This document shows positions 14,113 through 26,500 of a DNA stretch of 64,000 bases, one piece after another. The DNA lies in assembly GCA_028023455.1 (NCBI GenBank), contig JAQFVV010000009.1, positions 10,292,001 through 10,356,000 of the forward strand. The letters run 5' to 3'. A program made the translations under genes and the position numbers. The DNA comes from Epiperipatus broadwayi. Taxonomy: Eukaryota > Animalia > Onychophora. Below the pieces are notes generated by a model. That model was not told where the DNA came from and made no database searches. It was given only the letters and a program-made list of their open reading frames with translations. Position 1 is the first letter of the stretch; every line of letters starts with the position of its first letter.

Positions 14113-14146
<34 letters not shown>

Positions 14147-14176
14147 CATAAGTTTTATATATATATATATATATAT
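14113..14176. repeat. Interrupted (TA)n microsatellite
   Basis: Direct reading. Confidence 0.9.
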
Positions 14177-15202
14177 TTGTAACAAGCAAATAAATGCATG
14201 GATGAATCAAAAATATGTATCACATATTTGTAATATCTTTACTTTAAAATATATAGATAAAGAAATAGATTGAAACAATACAAATATTATAAAATTTTAT
14301 TTTTTTTAACAAAATTATATATATAATAAATATTTAATGGTAATAAAAAAATGTTAATAATATTTTCTTTAAAAATATAATACTATTAATATAACATTAT
14401 TTTATCTAGCTTTGAATGTTTCATTTAGTTAATAAAATATATTCAATAAATTAGGTAAAGGAAAAAAAAGGAAAGGAAATATTAATTTTCAATTTTTTTT
14501 TAACACATATTGTCTACCTGATAATTTATATAAAATTTAATCATTTATTTTAATTATTTTTATATTAAAAGTCAAAAGAAAAATATCAAGTAAAATTACT
14601 ATATATTAAAATAACTTTATAAGAAAAATCATTTACATTTATTGAAGTTGAGAGGAAGAAATTGTGATAAAAACAACATTATCAGTATTGTGTTATATAT
14701 TTTTTTTTATTTTTATTAAATAAATGTTTCTTTAAAAAAAATTTTTTTTTTACAATTTATTATGACATCAAATTTAACCTTTAATATTATATATGTATTC
14801 AAAGAACAGGAGGAAATAATTATGAAGTAATGAATTTTCTATAAGAAATAAAACAAGAAAAATAAAATGTAACATGAGATCCCTGGGAAATGAATACTTC
14901 ATTTATTAGAAACATCACTTCAATCTTCTTTGCCATTAATTTTTGATAAATTTGGAAGTTTTTTTTATCTGAAAATAATTGTTTACTGTCTTGCTTTGCC
15001 TTAAATATATTTTCAAATTGAAATACTATTTGAATCTTTCAAAAGATAACCTGATAATTTATCTAAAAATGTTTTCTCAATTTTAATTATTTACTTCTGT
15101 TTAATTTATTCTACTCTGCATATGTATTTATTTTATTAAAATTATTGGGTAGTTGTAAAAAGTGACCATTCATCTATTATTTGATGTTAAAAATATAATA
15201 TA

Positions 15203-16318
15203 CACCTGGGTCTCTTTTTACGCAGCTTATTTAACATGATTTTGAAGTTACGCGATTCATGTTTCACCTGAAGTCAAACTCCGATAATGTGCTATTACTT
15301 TAAATAATAAATTTTGCGCACTTACGTTATATTGAAAGTAATAGCACATTATTGGAATTCGACTTTCATCTTAGTAATTTCAATATTTTCAGTGCTTTAT
15401 AATAGTAAGATTTTATGCAATAATAAAATTAAAATCATGATTTCCACATTTTATGTATACACACATTAAATTTTACAAGATTATAATGTAAATTTGTTCA
15501 AACATTGTGCATGTTAATTTTGCATTTTAAATCACATTCTGTTTTTGCTTTTTAAAAAAGAACGTAATCAATTATTAATCATTTAGTGTCCACAAGTTTA
15601 TTTTTAAAAGGTGAGTAATAGCAGTGGGCACAATTAAATTTGACAATTAAAAATTAAAATCTGATTTTTAATTGTAATTAACAATTTAAAAATTACTTAC
15701 GGTGACTTGAAATTAATGTGATGTGAAATTTGATTTTTAAACAGAATTGAAAATTAAAAAATTAAAGACAAAAATAAGAATTTAATTTTTAGTTGTTAGT
15801 TTCATAAACAATTAATAAAATCATTGTCTCAAAGATTAATTACTAATTACATTGTCACCAGAAAACCATTGACACAACATGAGTGTGAAGTTGGCGCTAG
15901 TTGTATTTCCTCTTGTGAAGAATTTTATTTTTTACCAATTTGCAAACGAACGTGTTTTTCGGCAAATAGCGATAATAATTAAAACGTGTATAAAAAAATG
16001 TAAATTACTGTACTGTAAATTATGCATAAAAATATATTATTTTGAATAAAATTAAATATTATAGTTAAAAAAAGTTTGTCTTGTATCAATTTTTTTCAAA
16101 TTTGAAATTTTTTATTAATCATATTTTATTTCCTTATTTTTTTTTTTTTGCGCGAATTTCAAAGTAATTTTACGTTGGTGCTTTGCTTTTATGCGAATTT
16201 TGAAAAATCACAGACTGCAGCCCCCCTTTTTCAATGTAAGTTATGTCTATTTTTGCACGATTTTGTTTGCGCGTGTTTTCTGAGGAACCTATCTATCACG
16301 TAAAACAAGACCCAGGTG
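15203..16318. mobile_element. Non-autonomous Tc1/mariner-superfamily (pogo/Tigger-like) element
   Basis: TIRs CACCTGGGTCTCTTTTTACG / revcomp CACCTGGGTCTTGTTTTACG; TA on both sides (15201-02, 16319-20); no transposase ORF; CpGs retained. Confidence 0.8.
15270..15367. repeat. Nested ~98-bp hairpin / mini-MITE inside the pogo-like element
   Basis: gaagtcaaactccgataatgtgctattacttt pairs with aaagtaatagcacattattggaattcgactttc. Confidence 0.75.
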
Positions 16319-17767
16319 TATATCATTAGAATGATCCAATACTTAGACAACTTATATATAGTTACAAAAATATTTTTGGAATGATAAATGAAGTAAATTA
16401 AATATAAGAAAAATATAAAATACCATGAGTGGATGCATTATGATAATATAAAAGAAATATAAAATAGAACAGTTGAATGAGTACTCAGGACTAATATAAA
16501 AAATGTAGAATGGTTTAATGCTTTCTAATTTATACTATACAAGGAATATAAAATTGAACAGATACATTTTAAAACCTAATGTACAACAAGAGAGAATTAT
16601 AAATAAATTTTATGATTATTCCATGCTAAATATTAAGATTAAATGATATTAAATATAAGTGCAATATTTTACATACTACTAATCACATTTTTTTCTTGTA
16701 TTTGTGTAATAGAAATGATAGGAAAAAAAAGTGAATCTAAAAATATCTGTCTAATATATTTAGCTAATCTTATTTATTTTAAATATTAATTTTTAACAGA
16801 AATGACAAACTTTAACATGTAATAAGCATCAATTAGTTTGAAAATACATTATATTTAATTAATTTAAGATTGCAATTTTTTTTTTTAAAAAGCAAGAATT
16901 TTAATTAAGAATCCCTAATATTTCTTTTATTGTTTGGGAGGCTTGAAACAGTATGATTTATTCATCAACCTGTTTCACCTACTATAATCCATAGTACTAT
17001 ATTTTCTCTGATTTAAATCTATCCAAGTCCACATATATTAGTTAATTTAATACTAAAATATTTGTAATGGTGTATATTTATGTGTATGTGCATGTATTTG
17101 TATCTGCGCTCACATCTAATAGACATATTGTTTGTATGTGTATAATATATACGCAATTATAATTTTAAATTCAATAACATTAATTTAAGTTGTGAACATT
17201 GTTTTATATGTGGCAGCACACCTATGTATATATGTGAAGGGAACTGTAATGTAATAGATTTAGTAAACATTACAACTTTTCAAAATTATATTTCTAAATA
17301 ATTTTTTAAGTTATTTCTTTTATAGAATTGTTAGTATTCGTGTATAAATCTCAAATTCAGGGGTGTCTGTCTTATGTATATGCTAGTTGACACCTTAAAT
17401 CTCTTTTTTTAAAAAAGAATCAAAAGTTATAGAATTCTCAGAAATACTTCTCATTAATTAAATAGTAAACTGAGAACCAAAATTTTACTATGTTTTAAAA
17501 TAATGTTAAAAAAACAAAAGACAAATCATTAACTCTGTCCTCCTTATCAATAACTACTGCTGGATCTTTGTCTTTGCTAAAATTAATGTGCACCATTAAA
17601 ATTTAAGAATTTGAAACTAAAGATTGTAAAATTGAAAATTAAAAGGTGTAAACAACTTTTAATGGCTTGTGAGAGGTAAGAAAGACTTTCTATAAAAAAA
17701 TCCAGTTTTAATTCAAAATAAGCTAACTCTTAATTGTGCTCAAATATATCCAGGCACTATGCAAAAT

Positions 17768-17895
17768 TGATGATGAAGACCCAAGGCTAGAAGCCATACC
17801 ATGCCTTCTTTCTCATGGGGAAAATGGTCTAGAAGATGGAAGGAATTCAAAAGAGCTGCCTGCGAAAGCCACCAAGAATGAAGCAGCCCATCAGT
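17768..17895 (+). mobile_element. Possible Helitron Rep scar
   Basis: Translates DDEDPRLEAIPCLLSHGENGLEDGR, loosely like the Helitron E..FP.LFP.G.NG motif; short and unconfirmed. Confidence 0.25.
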
Positions 17896-18829
17896 GAATA
17901 TTAGTACATTGCCATGCTGCTACCACAGCAAGAAGATGATCAGTAACTAATCTTTTGTAGAGCCCTTAAACTAGATTTTAATAAATCGTTTCTATAATTT
18001 TCTAAAGCTAGTTATACTATAAATGTGCACAAACTATGAAACTAAAATTATTATTAATAATTAAAATTCTGTAATGAATATATACTTCTTGATTTAAATA
18101 TCTTATTGTAACCTTGTTTAAAATAAATGTAAAATCTTGCCTAATTAAAAGTTAATTAATGATATTTTTGTAATCATGATAACTATTTTAGTTATTTTTA
18201 ATCTATCCAATCTGCGGATATGCCTTCATTACTTTGTTTATTTGATATTTCATTCATTATGCTATGCCATCCCTCAGAGCAGAGATTATTAAATATTATA
18301 ACAGTAGAGAGATAATTTGACTCTCAAAATAAATCTCTGGTCTGAAAACTAATTTTATATCTGTTGAGCTACTATGTTTTAGCTTCCTATAATCAGGTTT
18401 GCATGTTAAATGATTGTATTTAGTTAAATAACAACAAGAATGATATTTAAAGCCTATTATAAGTAACTAGATAAGTCCCAAATATGCTTTATTCCTCCTT
18501 AGTTTATTATCATAAACTATATAGATTTAACTGTAAACTAGATCAGTTAATTAACCCCTTTTAGTATGTTTAAGTATGCTAATTTATGAATGGGAGTATA
18601 GTAGTTTCACAGATCAAAACTAAAGATTTAGCGCTTGATTAATTTTAAAGTTTATATTTCAGAAAGCATTGCAAATGTGTCTTTATGAAGGACATCTGTG
18701 TATTACACCTTGCTATATGTATTTTTTATTAGAATGGGCTTTGGTGTAAGGGCCACCCCATTACTCTTAGTTTGGACAGTTTTCCTTTATAAATGGGCTT
18801 AGGTTTTTAAGGCCTTCCCATTACCTTAT

Positions 18830-19100
18830 TTAGAACTGCAACATGAGGATCCAGATTGTCGTATAAACTGCTCCGATCATCTGAACTAAATGTTCATGTA
18901 TTTTGTGATAGCAAGTCATGCATTCTACAGGAACTGAGTACTTGGTATTGAATCCTCTGAGTAATTGCACATTTGAGTCACAAACATTATTTAGTTTATA
19001 TAGTGCCATAGTGTTGAAAGCTCCATTGCAAAGCACCAGTTCATCTTCCTTTATATTATTCAATTCAGCATTGATCTGAATCCTGGATCTAATTTATCAA
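18830..19100 (-). mobile_element. Possible AP-endonuclease scar of a non-LTR element
   Basis: IKEDELVLCNGAFN resembles the GDFN motif region; TCYHK resembles the T.. motif preceding RID. Confidence 0.3.
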
Positions 19101-19635
19101 TATGATCTACAAAGGGAGCACATTTATGCTCATTATGTAATATTAATGAATAAGTTATAATTAATAGTGTCATTCTTGTATGTTTAACCTTGACAAATCT
19201 TGGCATGGCATAGTATCAATCAGGCATATTAACCATAGATAACCAGATTAAGAGAGTGGCAATAATTAATTGATAAAATTTGTATAAAATGTAGAGATGA
19301 GATTTTGTGCCCATCCACTCATCATTAAATACCTGCTATGTAACCTGAGACAATATTGCCATATTGTTAGTAATGATTTCTTTTTAGAAATATATATAAA
19401 TGTATTCATGTTTAATGTCTTATTCATAGCTCATTTACCATTCAATTAAATATTTTAAATTATCATGTTAGTTTTAAGTCCACCTATGTATTATCTAAGT
19501 AGCCATAGATGTGTGTGTTTAGATATTTATATATTAATTGAGTCATTTATTTCCTGAGTCTCATGTTTTACCCTTTTCTACTGCCAGCATGTGAACTAAG
19601 AAATTCCGAGTGTAGCCTCATATATGTCATTCATA

Positions 19636-19750
19636 GGGTAGTAAGTCATGGAGTGTTGGTTAAGGAGTTGAGGTGTGATCAGATTCGAGGTCTCAACTCA
19701 TCTAGATCAGCCCTTAGTATAATTTGCCAGGACTCTGGATTTTGTTGCAT
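19636..19750 (+). mobile_element. tRNA-like SINE remnant
   Basis: catggagtgttggttaagg (A-box-like), gattcgaggtctcaactc (B-box-like); GC-rich patch. Confidence 0.35.
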
Positions 19751-20149
19751 GAATATACAAATCTGACTGTTACATTAATAATAATTATTTACTAAAATTA
19801 AGTTTATCAATAGACTTTTTAGAATAATTTCAGTCTTGTCATAATATTTCAAACAAATATAATATCAACCATCAAACTTGACACATGTCACTGCACTATT
19901 TTTTATTATCTAGTGACACTATATTTTTGACATCACAGAGAAAGAAGTGAATGTAGATATTCATGTAACATTATTTTATTTACAGATAAAATTCTTACAC
20001 TGAAGATAAGAAATATCAGACAGAAAATTAATAACAGTTTTTTAACTCTGCATGAAGAAATATTTAATTCATCAACATTTAAAAGAATTCACTTTATTGT
20101 TGGGAGATTAACTGGAGTCATAGTATTTAATGGTACTGAATTATTTAAT

Positions 20150-20330
20150 GTTTCAAAATCGAAGGTAATAGTGATAATAATACAGCCATCTCTAAAGATG
20201 GAAGAGATAAATTTGTCAGAATTAATGATTATGAAAATTTGTAATACAAACTTCAGAGAAGCAAACTACCACAAAAGCCAACATAATTTTAACATTCTAA
20301 AGTCTATCAACACATATTATCAAAAAATTT
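20150..20330 (+). mobile_element. Possible PLE GIY-YIG C-terminal scar
   Basis: DNNTAISK...DYENL...EANYHKS...ILKSINT resembles the PLE tail (SAL..H...DW.N..IL..E.N..KR). Confidence 0.35.
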
Positions 20331-22112
20331 CAAAACAAAATAGTTCTGGACATTTTCAAATTTTCAATTACCATTTTCTGCAACTTAGAAGCAGTAGTTT
20401 TACAAGTACAAAAACTCAAACAGCACAATGGGTGGAAATTTATCATAATTGAATAAATCAGCATTTAGTTTATTCAATTAGTGACCTTTTTTAACAGCAA
20501 AATATGATAATTAATTGAATATATATTAGTAATATAAATGTTCAGTCATTTATACAGGGTAACCATATATTTTAGCTAAACATTTCTATTCATGCTTAAC
20601 ATGCTTTCAATATATTACATATCATATTCATAGCTCATTCACTGAACAAATTTGTTTTATTTACTTTTATTTCAATAACAATTATTTCCATACCATATCA
20701 TAGCAGCCTACTATTAGAACATTTTAATGTCTAGGTTTTTTGTGATTTAAATATTGTTTGCTGACAACACTAAGTTTTCAAAATGACTTCTTATAATCCA
20801 TACAGACCATATCATTAAATATTGGATTAAGGAACATGTAGATGACAATGTACCTTTACCATGTTCTTCTTTAATTACTTAGATTAAATGTTATTAACTT
20901 TTTGCAATCATTCTTAGATAATAAGAAGAAAAGTTGATATTTTTTAAATATATTTTTAAGCACTTTCTCTAAAAAATATAGTTTACTATTTATGTAGATT
21001 TCATATAAATGTTATTATATTTTAATCTGTATAGAATGCATGCAGTTATTATTAAAAGATATTAAAAGTATTTTTATTATTTTGTCCATATTTCTCTCAC
21101 TAATATAGTATGAGGGAGAAGCTGATCAAAATATATAGGTTGTAATATTGTTTTAATTGCTTGAATAATATAGATGGGTATGTTTATATGTATTTAGGTA
21201 AAAGGATTGATAAAAAATATTAAATTTGCTATATATATTTAAAATTAGAAACCAGAAAATTATATTAAATATTTAAGATAATGAATATTAATGTCGATTT
21301 TAAATGAAAAAGCATCATAATAATAATGAAGAAAAATTACATCTACAAACAGTAATTTGTAATATATTCTGAATGCCTTATATAATTGACATGCAAAGTT
21401 TCATTGCAATAATGTCTAGCTGCCATGCTGATAAAAATAAATTTGCTTAAATTAACATTTTAAATCTAAAACTTACTTTTTATTTTATATGTTTTTACTT
21501 TCTAATATTTTTATTATGATTAATTAATTTATTTTATTAACAATAATTTATTATTTATTTTTAAATATTATTTTAACATAGTGGTGAGTGGTGGATTTGG
21601 AGTTTAAAAAATTCTGAATCCATTTTCAGTTGAATAAAGTAAAAACAAAAATAGTATGTCACATAACTTCTTAACCACATAGCTATATATATATATATCC
21701 ATTATTATTTATTAATATTGAAACAAAATTGTTCTTTACATATATACTAGGTACATAACCGCATGGGTTCTAAGAGTTTACACTATTTTTACCCCTATTT
21801 TATTATTCGTCACGATCACAAGAAGGATAATTATTACTAATTTAAAAAGAATGAAACTAGATATATGGAAGAAGCATTTTAATGATAGATATATGTTTTC
21901 TGTTTTGTCTGATGAAATTTTACTTATATATATATAACAAATTTTAAATATTTATTGCAGATGTCTCTATTCTTTTAAGCATGTAGCCTTGAAATAGTAA
22001 TTGATGTATGGTGCAGATCTTTCATAAAAAGGCCAGAAGTGATAATTATAACTAATAAATAATAATAAGTATGTTTGGAAGAATATACATATAATTCTTT
22101 AAAAAATTTACA

Positions 22113-22152
22113 GCTTAGCATTGCTTTCGACCAGATCGATCATATTCACAGA
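22113..22152 (-). ncRNA. Type I hammerhead ribozyme, G3:U8 (A3:U8-family) variant
   Basis: CT-GTGAATA-T-GATC(GATCT)GGTC-GAA-AGCAATGCT-A-AGC: intact CGAAA, 4-bp stem II, AGC/GCT stem III; stem I only 2 bp. Confidence 0.65.
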
Positions 22153-22840
22153 ATTAATATGGATGTATAGAAAATAGAATTTATAAGTTAAATTAAGTTG
22201 ATAAATTTAAAAAATAGAATTTATAAGTTAATTAAGTTTATAAATTTAAATATACCTTTTGCAATACCTTTTGCACGACTTTAATATTAAATAGATCGAA
22301 ATTGTGGCCTGATTCTAATTCATTTTTACTTAAAAATTAAATAATTCTTTTTTTTTAAATGAAAAACAGTATCTAATATATTTTTTTAGATACCCAGATA
22401 AGCTATCATTAATCCAATATCACTAATTCAAAAACTTCAATTGCAAAGTACAATTTTGATTTATTGGTATAATTAATTTCTGTAAAATAAAACATTTTGA
22501 GCAGACATAAATATAAATATTTTCTTTATTGAATGCAAAAACTATTTCAATATATAAATACTACTGATAATAAATTAATGTTTATTGAAAAATTTTAATA
22601 GACTTTGGTTTAAGAAGGAAGCAAAGCCTTGTTGCTGAAATTAAAAAAAATCATAAATCCCAAAAAATCATGCATTTAAACTTCTATTTTATAATATTTG
22701 ACTGCAAGTATAATGTATATACTGAGCTTTAGATGCAATTAGAGGAGATTTGAATGTAAATTTTCAAACTTCCTCAGCTACCCCACTCCGTCTTATATAA
22801 TGAATACATATAACCATATACGTGAAAAAGGTAAATGATC

Positions 22841-22884
22841 TCCAATATATCTATTTGGTGCTAAACTAGCACTCATCAGTTAGT
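22841..22884 (-). ncRNA. Type I hammerhead (HH-470 family), G12C-mutated
   Basis: ACTAA-CTGATGA-GTGCT(AGTTT)AGCAC-CAA-ATAGATAT-A-TTGGA. Confidence 0.8.
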
Positions 22885-23544
22885 CCAGGTAATCATCTCC
22901 ACACATATATGTAATCAGTGCTCATTTTATATTAAGATAACAAATCTTTAAATTTTAATGGTCAGGCTTTAATTAATTTTCTACACCCTCCAACTCTTCA
23001 CCCATCTATATTATTGAAAATCTGATGACAGAATGATCAAAATCTTTATTGATGCCAATATTGTTTCCATACCCATGTTGACTTTAATTCATTTTGATCT
23101 CTCATATATAATGTCCATTTAAATATATAGGAGGGTTGGGCAGAATTCGGGCTGAAACTGTAATATTTGACTACAAGTATAATGTATGTGCTCAAACCCA
23201 CTCTAATTATATCTAAAGTCCAGTATATCAGTATATACATTATACTTGAAGTCAAATATTAACATTTAGTCTGAATTCTGTCCTTCTCACTTCTGTATAT
23301 TTAAATGGACATATTAAAGTCCTATATATGAGGGATCAGAGTGACCTAAAGTCAATATGCATATGACAACAATATTTGCATCAACAAGGGCTTTGAGCAT
23401 TACACCATCAGACTTTCAGTAATATAGATAGCTGAAGAGTTAGGGAGTGGAAAAGATTGAAGCCCGTCCATTAAAGTTTAAAGATTTATTATCTTAATAT
23501 AAATTGATCACTGATTATATATGTGTGTGGAAGATGATGATCTG

Positions 23545-23588
23545 ACCAAGTGAGGAGTGCTGGTTCAGCATGAAATATGTATGTTAGA
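23545..23588 (+). ncRNA. Type I hammerhead (HH-470 family), degenerate
   Basis: ACCAA-GTGAGGA-GTGCT(GGTTC)AGCAT-GAA-ATATGTAT-G-TTAGA; C3G and H17=G. Confidence 0.75.
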
Positions 23589-26500
23589 GATCATTTATCT
23601 TTTTCACATGTATGTGGACATGTGTATCGGTTATATAAGATGGAGTGGATGGCTGAAGAGATTTTGAAAGTGTGTCCAAATCCCCTCTAATTTCTATTCT
23701 ATTAAATTTTATGAAACATATGAATAAGGATATCTGAGATGTTTATTTCATGTATTTATTTAATATAGATGATATCATGTGATATGAGTGAAAGGAATTT
23801 GGTACTTGTAGATTACTTTGAAATAACATTGTCTTTTATTAAAAAAATATTAAATGTTTAGTGTTATTTATCAAATCCAATATTTGAACTCTAAACAAAC
23901 AAGTCATTACATTTTTATTTTAAATATTTTTTTGCATTTGTTGAGCATGAAAATGTAGCATCAGAAGTGCTGTGAGTTAAACTACAATCTCACACTTTAT
24001 GATTCTGTTTATCAATTAATTAAAATTGAATTGCTTCAGTGTATTTAAGACAAACCATGACTTGAAACTCAAATCAAGGGTGGGGACAAAAGATTTTTTA
24101 AGAGCCAGTTATGCCTTTTAGGAAAGCCCAAAATATTTTCAGGAAATTAACTTGTCATTTTAGCTGGCTATTTAATTAGTTATTAAATTAATAGCTAATT
24201 TTTTTAAATGTGAGATAAAAATCTGAGGATAATTTAGGTTGAGCAAGTTTTTTTTTTTTTCAAAATAATCTTTATTTGCACAAAAAGTAAAATATACATT
24301 GTAAAATAGAGTTCATGTTTACAATCATGACTGAAACATTAAAGACTAATTAGTTATTAAATTAGATGATGATTACAAGATTAAAAGTAAACTTTTATGT
24401 TATGTTACTTATCAAAAACAATTTATTAAACAAGAAAAAAAATTGTTACAATTGTTAAATTAAATTTACATCACTTTGAACTAAACTGTTTTTTGCTTCA
24501 AAGAAACTACTCTGGTTCTACTCCCAAACAAGTTCTTTTCTTGTAATTTCGGAATATGCTTTGAAAAATTGTTTATAAAAAAAAAAGTACCTTATTCCAC
24601 GTGTTCTGAAATAAATTTGAAGGCGTGAGCATTTTGACTCTGTCTTTAATTTTTTTTATTACACCAATGTCAGTAAAAAACAAACAAACGTTTTTATGTG
24701 TATAATATTATTTCTAGATAGAGAGATATCGTGTAGATACTGAGCTTATAATTTTTGCCTTTAATATTTATTCAATCTGTGCTGCTTATTGATCTTATCA
24801 TACTGTGTTTAATATAAATATGATTAAGGAATTAGAGAGGTCATCTTTTTTGTCTAATTTCCATTTTGCTCATTACTCTAATGGAAAAAGTAATGGATTC
24901 AAAATATAATGACTAATGAATTAATTTTTAACTAAAGTAAATAAACAAGAAACATATATTTGATTAATTTATTACATCTGTTGAGCTTATCCTATCACTT
25001 TGATGTTTAAATGTCACATGCCCTTTCAAGCAGCTATATGTAATTAAGTTTTTCTTGCCCTTTATAGGTTGATTTTGTGTAAATACTGGAGCTCAAGGCC
25101 CATGGATCATAATTCTGTTCTGTCATTTCAATTCGAACAATTCTCAAAATCGCCCCCCCCCCTTGAAATTGGAAACCACTGCTTCAATACATTAATTTTA
25201 TTTTAGACTCAGTTGTTATTTTTATGATTCATATCGCGTTGAGTTCCTTTCCATTATCGTATTCCACAAAACAAGGCCACATTTTTATAATATTTATTTT
25301 TCTTATCGATTTTTTTATTTTCATCTTAAATGCTCAGGTAAATTAAATAGTTTTTTAATTCAGTGAACTTATTTTCAATTTTGACCTAAATATATGATTT
25401 ACGTAAATTAAATGCAAATTAAAATTTCATTTTTTTTTAATGTATGCACATTGACGAAATAATCTGTTTTGATTTTTCTTTAATAGTTCTATTTACTGCT
25501 GATTATCTAACTAAATTATAGGTTACACTCTTCAATTTACTATAAATGTTTTGTAATTAGATTCATTTTTGCTTGACAAAATAATGTAAATATATACTGT
25601 ATATATACTTGTTCATGCGTGCATATATATATATATATGAAGAGTATAGTGATATAATGCATCTATAATCATATATATATATATCTATTTTCATTTGGAA
25701 ACTAAAACAAGAGAGAAAAAAATATAATGCTCTTACTATTAACAGATGATTAATCTGGTGAATTGATTTTTTGTCTCACTGTGAAGACTACAGATCTTTT
25801 TGCTCTGTAGTAGATTGTTTAAGGATACTCTATGCTTTCATTTATTAAACTCATAAATTAATATATATATATATTGCTAATGTTGACAATTCAGTTCAAA
25901 ACAGGAATCTAACATAGAACCGGTTTTTCACTGTACTGTATGTGTGACAATATGCAAATATATGATTTTTTAATGATATTCATGCATAATATTATGATGA
26001 TAATTAAAAAAATTCTGTCTATGTATATTTTTTTTATAATTGTAAGCCAATTACTGACATTTTATTGGTAGTTCCAGTCAACTAATAGTACTACTGATTG
26101 ATACTATTATGCTTTAAGTAGTTTTTCTTGTTTGCAATGATTGTTTAAAAGATTCTATTGTTGAAATTGGTTGACTTTTTGTACAATTATTAGAACCTGA
26201 TAATGTAGTTTCTAAATACCAATTACAAGACTTTTTTTTTTTTTTAGCAAATTACTGTTATCATCAGGTACTAATATATATATTCAATGATTTTCTCAGC
26301 TTATACCAATTTACATCAGCAACATGTCTTTACAATTTTAGAAGCCATAATGTAAACAATGAATCAAATAAGTTGATTTTAAATGGAAAATAACAAGACA
26401 GTCTCTTAGTTCTAATTTTTTAAATATAAATCAAGGCCAAATAATTATTATAATTTGAACCTTATGCAGAAGAAGAACAATAAGCTCTAAAAACATTGTA

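Larger units (their letters stand above)
22689..23691. mobile_element. Inverted dimer of a ~470-485 nt non-coding HHR-bearing unit (retrozyme-like or mini-PLE; called HH-470 here)
   Basis: Arms ~22689-23194 (-) and ~23201-23692 (+) are reverse complements; left arm terminally redundant (22692-22725 = 23161-23194), right arm begins and ends with ctctaatt (23201, 23685); candidate TSD TTCTATT at 22682-88 and 23692-98; one HHR per arm. Confidence 0.8.

Noticed and set aside
25169-25181. hAT-like terminus (revcomp CAGTGGTTTCCAA)
   Set aside because: No matching opposite TIR or 8-bp TSD found by eye.
26080-26345. Possible further PLE GIY-YIG scar on minus (C..C...IG pattern)
   Set aside because: Needs several frameshifts and stops, no HHR found downstream; too weak to call.
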